From assembly GCA_051294905.1 (NCBI GenBank), contig CM119378.1, positions 1,924,001 through 1,984,000 of the forward strand: a stretch of 60,000 nucleotides of DNA, given 5' to 3'. The translations under genes and the position numbers were made by a program. The first letter of the stretch is position 1. Every line of letters starts with the position of its first letter. Source of the stretch: Botryllus schlosseri (lineage: Eukaryota). Shown here piece by piece: positions 47,301 to 59,500 of the stretch. The notes under the pieces were generated by a model. That model saw only the letters and a list, made by a program, of their open reading frames with translations. It did no database searches and had not been told where the DNA came from.

Positions 47301-47533
47301 TAGAGAAATGTTCAATGTTCAGCTCTCAACGTGTATGGCAGTATGATTACATCATCCTGTAACGGTATGTGCTTTGCCTTTCTGTCCTGCAATGGGCGTC
47401 GTTGCGTCGTTACAAACTTGCAATGGAAGCGGAAGTTGATAATTATCTCTTTCTGCAGCTACTGGGGATGATCTTCAGCATTCTGCTCTGCCAAGCCATC
47501 GGCCAAGATTACACTTCGGGTAAACTGGCTTGA
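35258..47533 (+). CDS. Tetraspanin (CD9/CD81-like), complete gene, 7 coding exons, 256 aa
   Basis: Exons 35258-35323, 37960-38163, 38893-38967, 39635-39733, 42001-42159, 42932-43024, 47459-47533; all introns phase 0 GT-AG; four TM helices, GFCGCCGA and CCG motifs. Confidence 0.93.
36019..36074. repeat. 20-bp tandem repeat (GTAGTTACTGGTGGCGAGTC), about 2.8 copies
   Basis: Direct reading. Confidence 0.9.
37281..37863. mobile_element. Older foldback MITE of the same superfamily
   Basis: Shared motifs CCAAATTTGACTCAATTCCAACC and inverted arms; boundaries approximate. Confidence 0.65.
37960..38163 (+). CDS. Tetraspanin exon 2 (TM1 end, EC1, TM2)
   Basis: LAGVGILAMAIFFRFD...YVLMAVGAAIMVVGFCGCCGAVQESKMLLSM; ttgcag acceptor, ATG|GTGAGT donor. 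Confidence 0.96.
38470..38745 (+). mobile_element. tRNA-derived SINE
   Basis: A-box-like CGCGTAGTGG and degenerate B box; body (GGCTCCTCCTCGCCA...GGTGTAAATGACCA...CAAACACCATGA) shared with the split copy at 28790-30500. Confidence 0.7.
38893..38967 (+). CDS. Tetraspanin exon 3 (TM3)
   Basis: FAIALFLLLGTEIGAGVYTHFNKDK with the conserved TM3 Glu; ctctag acceptor, AAG|GTAAGA donor. Confidence 0.93.
39005..39601. mobile_element. Foldback hAT MITE (TAGGG(G/T)TGTTCAAAAAT family)
   Basis: Long imperfect inverted arms; perfect TSD GTGGATAT. Confidence 0.85.
39635..39733 (+). CDS. Tetraspanin exon 4 (EC2 helices A/B)
   Basis: VVSAVDMSAVDAWKISATARNETAMVVRGIEND; ttccccag acceptor, GAT|GTAAAT donor; phase 0 on both sides. 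Confidence 0.8.
41273..41748. mobile_element. Foldback hAT MITE, same family
   Basis: About 135-bp near-perfect inverted arms, TAGGGGTGTTCAAAAATGA terminus. Confidence 0.85.
42001..42159 (+). CDS. Tetraspanin exon 5 (EC2, CCG motif)
   Basis: LDCCGYYSVADYC...ECNSGPTKKISDICPTVES; ttcag acceptor, TCG|GTACGC donor. Confidence 0.9.
42205..42455. mobile_element. Short MITE family (related pieces at about 6700-6760, 45550-45651 plus 47165-47250, 52010-52100)
   Basis: ACTCTAGCGAAAAGGGTGTG / CACACCTTTTCGCTATGAGT ends; shared AATTATATCGCGG and ACCGCGGTATAA motifs. Confidence 0.65.
42547..42852. mobile_element. MITE with GCATGCGAC subterminal repeats and central (GGTTA)n tract
   Basis: Ends ACGGT..GACATATGAGCATGCGACA / TGTCGCATGCTCATATGTC..ACCGT; flanked by CTCTG on both sides. 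Confidence 0.8.
42932..43024 (+). CDS. Tetraspanin exon 6 (EC2 end, TM4 start)
   Basis: ALNGCRDRMKAVLESNLKIVVAVAIGVGVVQ; tgtacag acceptor, CAG|GTATCT donor. Confidence 0.92.
44575..45199 (+). mobile_element. Buster-type hAT deletion derivative with transposase remnant (same family as 11840-12411)
   Basis: CGAGGGCGGGCAAC start; [27 protein letters not shown] around 44750-44840. Confidence 0.78.
45652..47164. mobile_element. Merlin-like foldback DNA transposon with inverted G-rich/C-rich minisatellite arms
   Basis: About 115-bp near-perfect TIRs starting GGCACTTCTTCG; perfect 8-bp TSD CAATTTAA; interior of ~21-bp GGGGATATTAGGGTTGCGGGA units, then their reverse complement. Confidence 0.85.
47459..47533 (+). 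CDS. Tetraspanin exon 7 (TM4 end, tail, stop)
   Basis: LLGMIFSILLCQAIGQDYTSGKLA-stop; ttctgcag acceptor. Confidence 0.93.
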   Translation, partial: LLGMIFSILLCQAIGQDYTSGKLA

Positions 47534-47956
47534 GGACAACACTTACTGTCAGCAACAACACCGGTACTCAATTCTCAGCACCGAGACTATTGCATTTCAT
47601 ACATTATTACATTAACATTTGTCCAGCCGTACCACGGTCGAACGCCCGCCTCGGTATACGTTTCAAGAACGCGCTTGGAAATATTCGATATCTGGTTTAA
47701 AACATGTCATACGCGACGCGAAATCCAAGGCAGTTTAAAATTTCAAGCTTTATAGTTCGATCTTCAATAATTTCCAGTACGCCGCGTTCAATTATTCATT
47801 GCAGTAACGCAACGACTGTTTGAAAACTGTTGAGTGTTGATACACACCGCCTACGCCCTCTGTGATGTTGTTTCGCCGTCATATTCCAGGGCATTTCATT
47901 TTCGTTTGCACGAATATTGCGTTTTGATATGATACAGTTTTGATTTGCTGAAGGTC

Positions 47957-47962
47957 AATAAA
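47957..47962 (+). terminator. Probable polyadenylation signal of the tetraspanin gene
   Basis: AATAAA about 420 nt after the stop, followed by GT-rich sequence. Confidence 0.5.
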
Positions 47963-48208
47963 TTGTCACGTTGTTAGCAACTGTCCGGATCTGTCTCATG
48001 AGAAAGTGCAAGGGGATTTAGACGCGTCGCATATAGCGCTCGGAATTGATAAAGACCCCCGATTGAATGAAGGCTGGAATGATGCACGTGGATAACTAGA
48101 AGATTCTGGTTGTCTACTATAAATTATAATCGGAGTGGTGAAATGTTCCTATGCTCTCACCTGGTTCAAGAGAGAACTGTATACTGCGACACGAGCAAAG
48201 ATGTTCGG

Positions 48209-48955
48209 TAGGGGTGTTCATAAATCAGTTTCCTTCTCAAATTGCACTGGCTTGGCACACGTCAAAGGTTCATAGAATAGATTAAAATAGACTTATTGTG
48301 CTCGGAATTAATAATGATGGTGGATTCCGCAGCATTGAATTCTCAATTGCCAGGACAGTAGAAAGTATACGGTAGGCTAGTTTTCGACTTGGTAAAAGTT
48401 CTGAAAGTGATCTCATAAAAATAATGGAGCAAATCGACACGCAAACCGTCCATAGTACCGTCATGATCTATGTTAGGACTGGCTACTTGATGAAATATCG
48501 CAGGCCCCGGGTTACCTAATTTAAGCCTACACACCAAATTTGGTTCAATTCCAGCCAGTAGCCGCATTGCTACAGAAGAAAGTTTCTATTTTTGACGTGA
48601 AAATAAATGAACAAAAAATCTAAAATTTTCTGTTCACCCCATGAAAGTGTTAGGTTGTCTGTAGAAACGATGTTCACCAAATTTGGCTCAATTCCAACCA
48701 GTGGAAGCGGAGTTATTGCCGTCGAAAAATTTGGATTATCGATAAAATAGTATTTACGGTGACCAATTCTTTAATTATATATTTTAGTTGTGCCCACCGT
48801 AAATACTATTTTATAAAAAATCGCAAGTTTTCGACGGCAGTAACTCCGCTTCCGCTGGTTGGAATTCAACCAAATTAAGTGTGTAGGCTTGAATTAGGTG
48901 ACCTAATAATTTTATCAAGTACCCAGTACAATTTGAGAAGAAAAGTCATTTTCCA
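48209..48955. mobile_element. Foldback MITE of the same family with an internal insertion
   Basis: TAGGGGTGTTCA start; 48500-48950 closely matches 41330-41730 and 51550-51990. Confidence 0.75.
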
Positions 48956-50344
48956 AATTCCGTCATTTTAAGTCTGGTCTAATTTGGTATAACCTGTCTA
49001 GTATATCTATAGTTCTGATTCTAATAATATCTGTAAATGCTGAACGTGGTGTAGATGTCGCCCAAAAATCTTGCAACGTGCAACCCATATCGACGAATCA
49101 CGATCATTGCAATATTTATAGATATACGTAAAAATAAGCACAAAGCAAATAACTGTTTCAGACAGCAATATCCGATGCAGGACATAAATTAAGAACAATG
49201 GCATATCAGTCAGTTAACTATGGACAAATATATACAATATGGGAGGTACTTAGGATTGCAAACAAGCGCCGTACGTCTCCCGCGTCCAGGTGAGGAGTTA
49301 GATTGTGAAGTACGCATATCTTGTGGCGGATTCGTTCTGAGTCGTGCCGAATTGTGATAAGTGGTGTGTCATCGTAATCGTCAGGACCTTGCGTGCCAGT
49401 GTGGACGTTTTAACTAAGTTTTCCAGTCAATGTGTAGTACCCTGTTTATTGGTTCTAGGATTATTGACCTTGAACTAGCGATTGAGTCTTACATGGCTAC
49501 AATTTAATACTAAGTTTCGATCATATTTTCAGTGGAATACCAACGTTGAAATAAATACTATTATGGCTAGACCCCGTCCGATCTGTTCGCCACTACTCGA
49601 GAAATATCGCTACCGATCATGAGTGGTATAATATATCGGTGATTTTCGCGACGTGTCAATATGGGAGTAGGGAGTCAGCAGTAACTGGAAGGCCGATCTG
49701 TTTTTTTTTCTCTATAGCTTACAGACGTCCAGATGAAGCCCTTCTAATTTATTTCATGCCCATTATCCAATCATTGCAATGGCTGAAAACAATTTTTAAA
49801 AAGCTGTTCGAATAAATGCTCCGAAGTTGTGGAAGTACACCCGAAGCTAGATGCCATATATTTTGAATGTCGGCAGAATCTGTCGGCGTTATCGTCGAAG
49901 GTTTGATTTGTGTCGGTTGAAAAAATACGATATCGGACCGGCTCTCCTTCCGACACTGTGCACGCCTTGATATAGCCTATATGTAGGCTACATTTTTGTC
50001 CAGATGGTTTATGAGCAGAAAATCCTTGACTAAATGCCATCAGTACATGACCGATACTTTTCTTGGCTACTACACCCACATTTAGCCGTTCTGGCGGGTC
50101 TGCGGCTGAGTTCATACGCGTACTTGAATCACAACCAGAGAACCGATAACAATACTAAGAAATAACGAAAAAGATGATATGAACTACGTAAAGACTAAAT
50201 AATGAGTGACGCAATACTGCATTTCTCTGCGCGCGATTCCTGTCTCGTGAAGAACACAACGTATGAGTCGCGTCGTGTGTATATGACTAGTTCAAGACGC
50301 CGAACACTTGTTGTATATTCCCGTGGCAGTCACGATGTGGAGCG

Positions 50345-50518
50345 TCATCGCTGGCATGGATTTCCGCATACTTTTCCGGCGATCTGTCGCGCAAACTGCG
50401 AGTTGAGCTGCTGGAAACCGCCAGCAACGATTTGAATGTTCGACTCGTCTCCCGACAGTTCGCGCAGTTGATCCAAATCGAGACGACCCCGCGGCGGGAC
50501 TATTCCAATGACGTAAAT
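50345..50518 (-). CDS. VWA domain last exon with stop (not in ORF track)
   Basis: IYVIGIVPPRGRLDLDQLRELSG...GGFQQL...KVCGNPCQR-stop. Confidence 0.9.
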   Translation of the reverse strand: MYVIGIVPPRGRLDLDQLRELSGDESNIQIVAGGFQQLNSQFARQIAGKVCGNPCQR

Positions 50519-53500
50519 CTAAACAGGTGAATGAAATTAAAAATCTTTAGTAGCAGTTGCTGGGGGTCTCGATACGCCATTCTGGTATTGGACTCTTTAG
50601 TCGGAGCAGCTATCATCAATCAGAGCACGCTTCTTGTCATGTCATTAAAAACTCTTGGGGTATTTTGTTGTATTAAGGTAGATGTTTTATTCATTTAGTC
50701 ACGGAGGGCAGTCGGGTAGCGCCCGGAAAGTCGGTAAGCCACATCTGTTAGGATGCGGTTTGATTGTGTATATATATTTGTAATTTGGTTGGCTCTTTAC
50801 GGTATGCTTGGTAGATGGTAGTGAAATGAAATTCGGTATCGCGGGGCCCAAAAAAAAGTGTGATATCGCAAGCAAAATTCTCGACAATCGCTCAATTTTG
50901 AGTAACGGTAGAGGTTTGCTTCAGTTCTGTGTTCATTTTCCTTGCCTACAGCTGCCGTCGTGCAGAAAGTGATAGGTAGTTGCAATTCAAAGAATTTTTA
51001 TCAACGATACTGAGATTACTGTAAAACTTTGCTTCACAAAAATGTTCGCAATGTAGAACTGTCAAAGGTTCGTTTGTGAATGCGAACCTCTGGTCCTCCG
51101 CAGTACCATATGACACACTGCTTCCAATTCCAATTTTACGAGAGGGCTTATCATAGTGAACGACGCGCCACTTCCACGAAGCGAGTGACTCGTTGGTTGT
51201 CGACTCCTTCACTTTTATTGCGTCGACAACATGCGGTTATATATGTCTGGACTGGAACTAAACGAGAGAATTTTCCATACCTCTACCCCGGCATCACGCA
51301 GTAGCTGAGCCGGCGTTGACAAATCATCGGCGGCTTTTCCATCAGTGACGACGATCACAACGTCTGCGACGTCCGGGCGATTCCCGGCTTCCTTTGTCAA
51401 GACATTTTCCAGGATATGCGTCATAGCTTTTCCAGTATGCGTGCCTAAAGAGATATGTTACGCACGTGATTACGTGATAAACTGGTGTGTATTAGGGCTA
51501 TTCAAAAATAACATTTTTTCTCAAATCGTACTGGCTACTTGATAAAATTGTTAGGTTACCTAATTTAAGCCTGCACACAAAATTTGGTTCAATTCCAGCC
51601 AGTAACCGCATTGCTACAGGAGAAGAAAGTTTCAATCTATTATAAAAAATTAGATAACAAAAAAATTTAAAATTTTCTGTTTACTCCATGAATGTGTTAG
51701 GTTGTCTATAGAAACGATGTTCACCAACTTTGGTTCAATTTCAACCAGTGGAAGCGGAGTTATTGCCGTCGTAAAATTTGGATTAGAATAAAATAGTATT
51801 CACGGTGGGGACCACTATAATAACTAATTAAAGAATTGGTCACCGTAAATACTATTTTATTCAAATCCAAATTTTCCGACAGCAATAACTCCACTTCCAC
51901 TGGCTGGAATTGAACCAAATTTGGTGTGTAGGCTTAAATTAGGTATAACCTAACAAATTTATCAAGTAGCCAGTACGATTTGAAAAAAGTCATTTTTGAA
52001 TACCCCTAGTGTGTGTGTATACCCGTGGTACTCGAAACCTGGACTGACCTCAGACTTACACCACGGTATAAATCAAACACAACATTTTTTAAGTCCAAAC
52101 GAAGTTTATAGGTAGGAAAAGTGTATGGCGTAGAAAAGTATGTTCATACCTGATCCTGAGTAGGGAATCTTTCGGAAGGCTTGTATCAGACCGAACTTAT
52201 TGTATGGATAATCTTTCAACATAATTTCACTCTCCCTATCCACCTCTGCATTGTACCGGAACACTGCGAAGTTTGCCGATTCGCTAGAAACTTCAAATGC
52301 TCTGCAATAAAATATTTGCTTTAGTCGGTTATATAGTTTACCATTGAATAATATCTTCATATCGAAGTAAACCCGAGGCTGATACTCGCCAGGAGTAATC
52401 GTCAGCAACTAGTAGAAAATTGAGAAGGAGATATTGCATATCAACCACCGTATCACCAAATAAAAAGAGCGCTCGCGAGGGGCAATTTTTCTAAGAACAA
52501 TCACGCAGAACAGCTGTAACATAGAGGCTAAAACCAGACGCATTTGGTACCGTCACCAAATTAGGCAATTCCCAATCGATTTCGTGCTATTCGATACGTG
52601 TAATAACCAAGGCCTTTACTTGAGACTACCCGAGCACTTGTAAGCTTGTAATACTTCGATAAAACGGGATAGAACAAGAACCTTATGATATTTTCGATAA
52701 AGGTCTTCACAGTATTCCAGTTCTCCGCCCCGATAGATGACGACGAATCCAGCGCAATCACCGCATCCATTTTGGCTTTCGGAGGGCATTGCTCTGTACA
52801 AAAGGGCGCGTGAATATCCGTGTCCGACTCCACATTGCTACAAAAACTCACGGGCGCAACACGGTACCGCACCGCTCCAGTCGTTTACAGAAGTGCCGAT
52901 TTTATCCTTGCAGACGTTTGTATCCAGGTCTTCCGGGTATAGTTTGTATGAGTCTTTGGTGCAAGTGAACTTGCATACTGATCCGACGTTGTTTTGATCG
53001 GTGCATGATACGTTGCCGTGCTGGAGCAGTTCACGCGGAGGAAAGCACTTCTCCTCTGTAAGCACAGGGACTACGTTGGAACATAAACGTCCATGGTCCA
53101 CTGATATAGACCTCAAGATATAAAACTATATACACTGTTCACAGCCGTACATTTAATATCTCACTTATTTTTTAAAACTACATTTCCCATACTGCCACCG
53201 GTGAATATTTCTGTGTCATTTATAGTTTGAATTGCATGTCTAAAGTTTTTTTTTACGATTATGAGTATTTTTTCTTTCTTTTCTTTGATATATGGGATAA
53301 GCAATTGGTGCCTGACAGAATCATATGCGAATACTCTCTTCGCCAATTTATTTCATTGTAGGGATTGGAGTGATTGTTTTAAGCAACATTCAAAAAGCTG
53401 CGACACAAACTCGGGTCAATTCCAACCCGCAGAATCGAAGTTACTAGAATAGAAACGTATTTTGAAACAAAATAGCAGCCTACTAGCGGTATGAAACTAT

Positions 53501-56500
53501 CATTTAGCTATGCCAAAAACTGTTGCTCATTATAAGCGAGACGTGATGCTTATTTTCGTACTTAAATGATGTTTATAATTGCCTGGAATCAAGAGATATT
53601 GCCATATATTTAAATTGAATATGACACCAATTCTATTGAAATAAGTATATTTTATTAAGATAATAAATTTAAAAAGTCTCAGCAACTCTGATAAGCAATT
53701 TCACCAAATAAACAACAACAGTAAAACAGTACCTGCTGCTGCAAGATTACAATACTTTTTTGGCACATAACTATAAATTGGTGGCTATGATGGCAATATG
53801 TTATGAATTGTATTAGCAGGCTCTTTAGTAATGCATGTGTTCGTTTTTTAATTCGTTTTTATTAAATCTAAACTCTAATAACTTCGCTTTCACGAATTGG
53901 AATTGTGCGAAATTTGATGTGCGTTGTTTTTATAGGCAACTTAAAATGACTTCATGTAAAACCTAACACTGTATATGTATAATTGTATATGCACACATTC
54001 ACATCAATCGTTGTGTCGGTATAGGCAATGCCCGTATATGTTTAAACTATTGAAAAGTTATCGCACATATTTAAAAGACGTTAGAATGTGACAAAAAACA
54101 CTTACGAACACACTGCATGGAAGCTTTCGTCCAGAAAATGCCGGAATCGTTGTACGTGCAGCGCGATGTCCTATCTCCCACCGGCGAGAATCCTTGGTCG
54201 CATTGAAACGAACAAGTTGACTCCACGTTGTTGCTGTCGGTGCATACCACCCTTCCGTTTTCGGGGGCCTTCAGAACTTCGGGTATACACCCACCTTGCA
54301 AAGCATCAACGTAATTAATCGCCCAAAATGCGGACTTGAGTGGGAAGCTCAATGCTTAGACAATGATTCGAGCACTCGAATCCGAATTGAGTATCAATTG
54401 TAACGATTCGACTCGAATACTGAATACTCGTTTCCGAATCGAATCACTTATCCTAGATTTTGCCCTTTTTACTTACCATGACAAGTGGGAGGTTGTGCTG
54501 ACCATGACGATCTTAAACCTCGAGGATTACAGGTGATTTCAGGCGCTCCGATCATAGTGAAACCAGTGCCGCACGAGAAAGCGCACGTCGAGCGTATGTT
54601 GTTACCGTCAGTGCACGTCACTGCTCCAAATCGTGGGTTCTTCATGACCGGGCATTTCTCTGTGCGGAATTGACGCGTCAATTGTGTAATGTGTATTAGA
54701 CCAGTGATTCCTAAGGTGGCAGACGTTAAACCCTGCTGGATGTGAATTTGAGTACTTGGGAAGATAATATTACAGATTTCGGTCAATTTACTTAATTTTT
54801 CTGCCAAGTTCAATGTATGTACACAGTCGAAAAGTAATATTCCATCGTTGGAAAATGTGTTTTAGCAGTAGCATACAAGCAGAACTACGTAAGTCGAACA
54901 AGTAGTTCAAACCTACTTGAGTAAGTGAAACGAGTAGATATCACCTACTTAGTGAGTTAAACACGTAAAAACTAGGGATGGTGCGAACCCCTGAAAGGTT
55001 CTGTGTGAACGCGAACGTGAACCTTTTGACGTCAAGTGATGTCATATTGGTAATTCCAACCCTACATATCAGTGAAGCGATATATAAATGAACATACACA
55101 TAATAATATCAATAATCGTCGGATTATATTTTTTATCTGAACAAGACATGTACAATGCGATAAGACACGATAAACGTACTGTACCCGATACCTAACCACG
55201 AACCAAAGATGTGGAATGACGTGGAAATTGTAATACATGAAAAAGGTTCACAGTGCAGAACCTACCAAGGTCCGTTTGTGAACGTGAACCTCTAAATTTC
55301 CGAGGTTCATACACAGAACGCGAACGCAAACCTCACGTTCACACCATCCCTGGTATAAACCTACTTGGAGTACTACAGAAAAGTAGACGTACTTCGTTTC
55401 TGATGATCTCTAGATTTTTAGGGAGATAACGATATGTCGAACTTGATATGGGGGGCGTTCAGTCAAAAAAGTTTGGGGACCCTGTATTAGGCTATACGAT
55501 TCACGTGAAATCGTTTGTGTCGGTAATGTGGTTATTCAATTCAATTTATTGCTACAGTTTTCATCATTTCAATACACCCCAATACTGCGATACAATGAAA
55601 GATAGGAAGGTGTTGAAACAAAATGGAGTAGTCTTCGAAATCAGACACATACCTGGCCTATGTGATGTAACGCAGTCGTGATTATATAACCGAGTTTATA
55701 TCATGTTGGTAACAACACTCACCAATGCATCTTACAATTGCTCTCCGCCAAGTCGTGGTCGTCTTCCTTGCTTGGCACACGGCTTTACCTCTTTGTTGAA
55801 GAGCGTAACCTTCTCGGCATCCGAACGTGCAGAATGATCCCGCGAAGTTCCCGTCGTCACACGACACAACGGCGTTTCTCGGCACGGGAGGGGTGTCCGT
55901 TGGACAAGTCTCTGCAAAAATTATTCGCTACAATGTCGACCTCGTCAACTTTTCAAAATGCGACCCAAATCTGAGGTGTTGAAGATCTCGCGACCCAAAC
56001 TTCTCACATCGGAATGAAATGCATTTCTAATGTTAGTATGCTAGCCGTCTTCTCGTGCTCATCTCGATCGTGTCAATTACATGTATCTAACTGAATGCTT
56101 CGGTTTCCCCATCCAGTCGCCCCTTTGGTATTTTCGCCCCTTGTTTCTCAAGATCACCCACTGGAGGGAGGGGGCGATATCGCCCATGTTGGGAATCACA
56201 GATTTATGTTTTAGGTCTTGGAAGGTGGAAAGTAGTTTTTGCATTGGTTCCTTGTACGTTTATGAGTGAAATTGTCAAATGACCACCAGCTAGATCTAAT
56301 TTCACAAATTGCCGCAATTTGCAGTGTTATTAGTTGTGTTGCGTTAGTGGTGATAATTCATCCTTAAAGTAGTCACCTTTTCAATCGACCAAATCTACTT
56401 TTACGAACTTCTTACGAACCATACATTAAAAAACCCTGTTTCGAATGAGAATACTCACCACTGCATTCAGGTACTGGCATGTCCCAATTCGCACTTGCGC

Positions 56501-59500
56501 CTACTTTTGCACAAGTTGTCAGTTTGCTGCCTTTCACGGTCAGACCTGGGTCGCATTCGAACTTGCAAGCCGATCCAATGTGATTTGAGTCGTTGCATTT
56601 GACGCTTCCGCGCTTTGGAGCCCTTGGTGTCCGGGGAAAGCATTTAGCTGCACGATTCATTTCGTGGATTTGAGTAAGTGTACGAATAAGGCTGCCAATT
56701 TTGCACTTACGTTCGCATATGGGCGGCTGTGTGTCCCAACTACCCTCTTCCCTGCAGTTTGTGGTGATATCGCCGATAAGATTATATCTAATTCCACATT
56801 CGAAAGAGCAGATGGAGCCGATGTGGTTTGAATTTGTGCAGAACACATCCCCGTTCTGCGGCCGGATGGACGGGAGATCGGGACATTTAACTGTGGAACG
56901 GAGTACAGAAATAATGTACAGAAATTATATTCGTTCATCGCCGGTTTAGTAATAATATTATACTTTCTAAACACCACAACCACATATAATGAAAATATAG
57001 GAACCAGACATATAAAATCTACTATATATGTAAATGTGCAACTAGAACTGCAGAACTAGAACTGGAACTAGAAATAGGAAGATGTAAATCGACTTGGAGT
57101 CGTCTTTCGAATTATAACTATCATTATACGGGACTTGAAAAGTGAAGAATATTTACTATGTATGAATATATTTGAATGGATCTAACCGATGCATTGTGGC
57201 GTTTCGTTGTCCCATTGCATTGTATCGTTGTTCCTCACACACTCCGTCTTAGCTTGCCCATTCAGGTAAAGACCCTCGGCGCATTCGAAGGCACACACGG
57301 AATTGATGCGATTGGTGTCAGTGCAGGACACGGCACCGTTTTCCGGGGCTGCTGGCACTGCCGGGTCGCATATTTCTGGAAGCACGTCAAGATTATCAGC
57401 CCGTATATGGTACTGCTAGAGAATGTTCATCTTTTCCATGTAAGAATAGACTTCGAGTTATAGTTACACCGAGGCCTACGATACAAGTTCTTGTTTAAAT
57501 TAGACTACAATACGAATTACTCAATTCGCTGAAAAAACATGGAAATTCAATTTAAAGTTCGTGTTAAAAGAAAAAACAAACCAAATTCAGTACATAAGAA
57601 ATTAGAGTTCATTCTCATAAACATGATTATGGGAAATGTCCCCACACCATTAACTTGACTCGCGCTCTATACAATCATCCCGTAACATTTTCAATAAATC
57701 AGAAATTAGATTAGGCTTAAAACTGGAGCATAGAAACATTTTGTAATTGAGATTGAATTCGAATTTCTGAATCCGCGAAAAAATTGAATTAAACTCATAA
57801 TTTGACCGAAATACAATAGAACTCAAGTTCAGCTCATAGAAAATCAAAGTTCAGTCTGATTCAGGAAAACTGGAAATTAGATTAATTAAAATTAATTGAA
57901 ATAAATAAAATTAGAACATTTAAATTCAAAGAAATATAGTAGTAGAAAGACATCGAGCCAAATCAGATTTCGTTCTCGTAAGCAATGTGGCCATTAATGT
58001 CTGTACGCCAAGCTTGCATGGCTCGGTTCGCATTATACAATTCTACTGCAGCATTTTCATCTATATCAGAAAATAGATTAGTATTAAAATTGAAGCATAG
58101 AAAATTTCACAAGTTAGATTAAAATTATAGCCGGGGATATCTAGAACTTAAAGGTATCCATGAATTAGCATTTCGCTCAAATCTGTCTGACTATACAGCT
58201 AGATAATTCTAGCTCCAGGTCTTATTGTTAGAAGTAGTCTCGACGCGTGATAAAAAGCTTTACCAACCTATACAGGACGGAGGAGGTCTGCTCCATCCGC
58301 CTCCTCGCGACGCTCCACGGTGTACGCAAAATATCGCATCCGCTCCTACTAGCTCGGAGCTGGGTTGGCATTGGAAGGAACATACCGAGCCTACGTTGTT
58401 TCCGTCACTGCACGAAGAGATCAGCAGGTTTGATGACTTCGGCAGAGGCGGACAGCGAGCTGAAGACGTGTGATACGCAGTGGTTAGTGGATTATAGTCG
58501 TCTTGTAGGTCTTACTCAATGTCAAAACACGCCATAACAAGGACATACAAGGACATACAAGGACATGTCTGACAGGTACTGAAGTAGGTAATCCAAAAAC
58601 TTCGGCTTGGTTGATGTATCACATATCAATCGGAGGCAAGATGCATCTCCGCGGCTAATCCGAAACGAGTTTTAATTAAAATGATTTTATCGTCAAATAG
58701 TGAAAGACGATTTTATTCCAAGCTCTGAAATGATCGCTCCTTTCCACTCGAGAGTTTTAAAATATCAACGATAATCATAGTTTGTATCCCTTTTTCCCGA
58801 ACGAAGAAGCCTCAAAACCCCAAGTGGTCGTAACGCAGCATAGGCTATACGAAACGTGTATCGCAAATCTATTGATGTTAGCGGAAATGACATTTCCGTG
58901 AAGCCCTTATTGACCAACAGCATTGCCATAAAGTCCAATGAAGGCCTATGAATGGTCTAAGAATTACCACACTCTCTTTACGTGGCGTATAACGAGCCCT
59001 ATTTTCTTTGTGGTCGCATAAAAGGTACATATTTGAACTTTAAATACCATCCATACTTGTATGATATCATAGTGAGTGACTCGTCGCCCAATACTCGATC
59101 CAGAATCTTTGAAAATATTTTCTCGGGGATGGGGGGGATTTGGACCGGGGTTATGACAATATCACTGATATAAATGAAGAATAGTCATCCTAAAACTAAT
59201 TTCTAAATTTCAAAATCCAGAGTAAATAGTAAACGGCTTTGCCTAACTCTTTTCAAATAGAACTAAAAGCAGTCAAAAATCACAACATCTCGAGTATGTA
59301 GTGGAAATATAGGCCTTACCAACGCATGACGGAGGGCTGTTATTCCATGAAGCGCCGCCTAACTCGCGTTCGCAAGTTGCTCTAGCGTCTCCTTCCATTT
59401 CGTAACCTTCGTCGCACGTGAACCGACATATCGAGCCGATCGCGTTTTGTTTGGTGCACGTCACCCGCCCGTGTTGAGGAGCCAGACTAGCTGGTTCGGT

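Noticed and set aside
49771..50115. 114-aa ATG-started ORF downstream of the VWA stop
   Set aside because: No motif or splice support; most likely 3' UTR or intergenic sequence.
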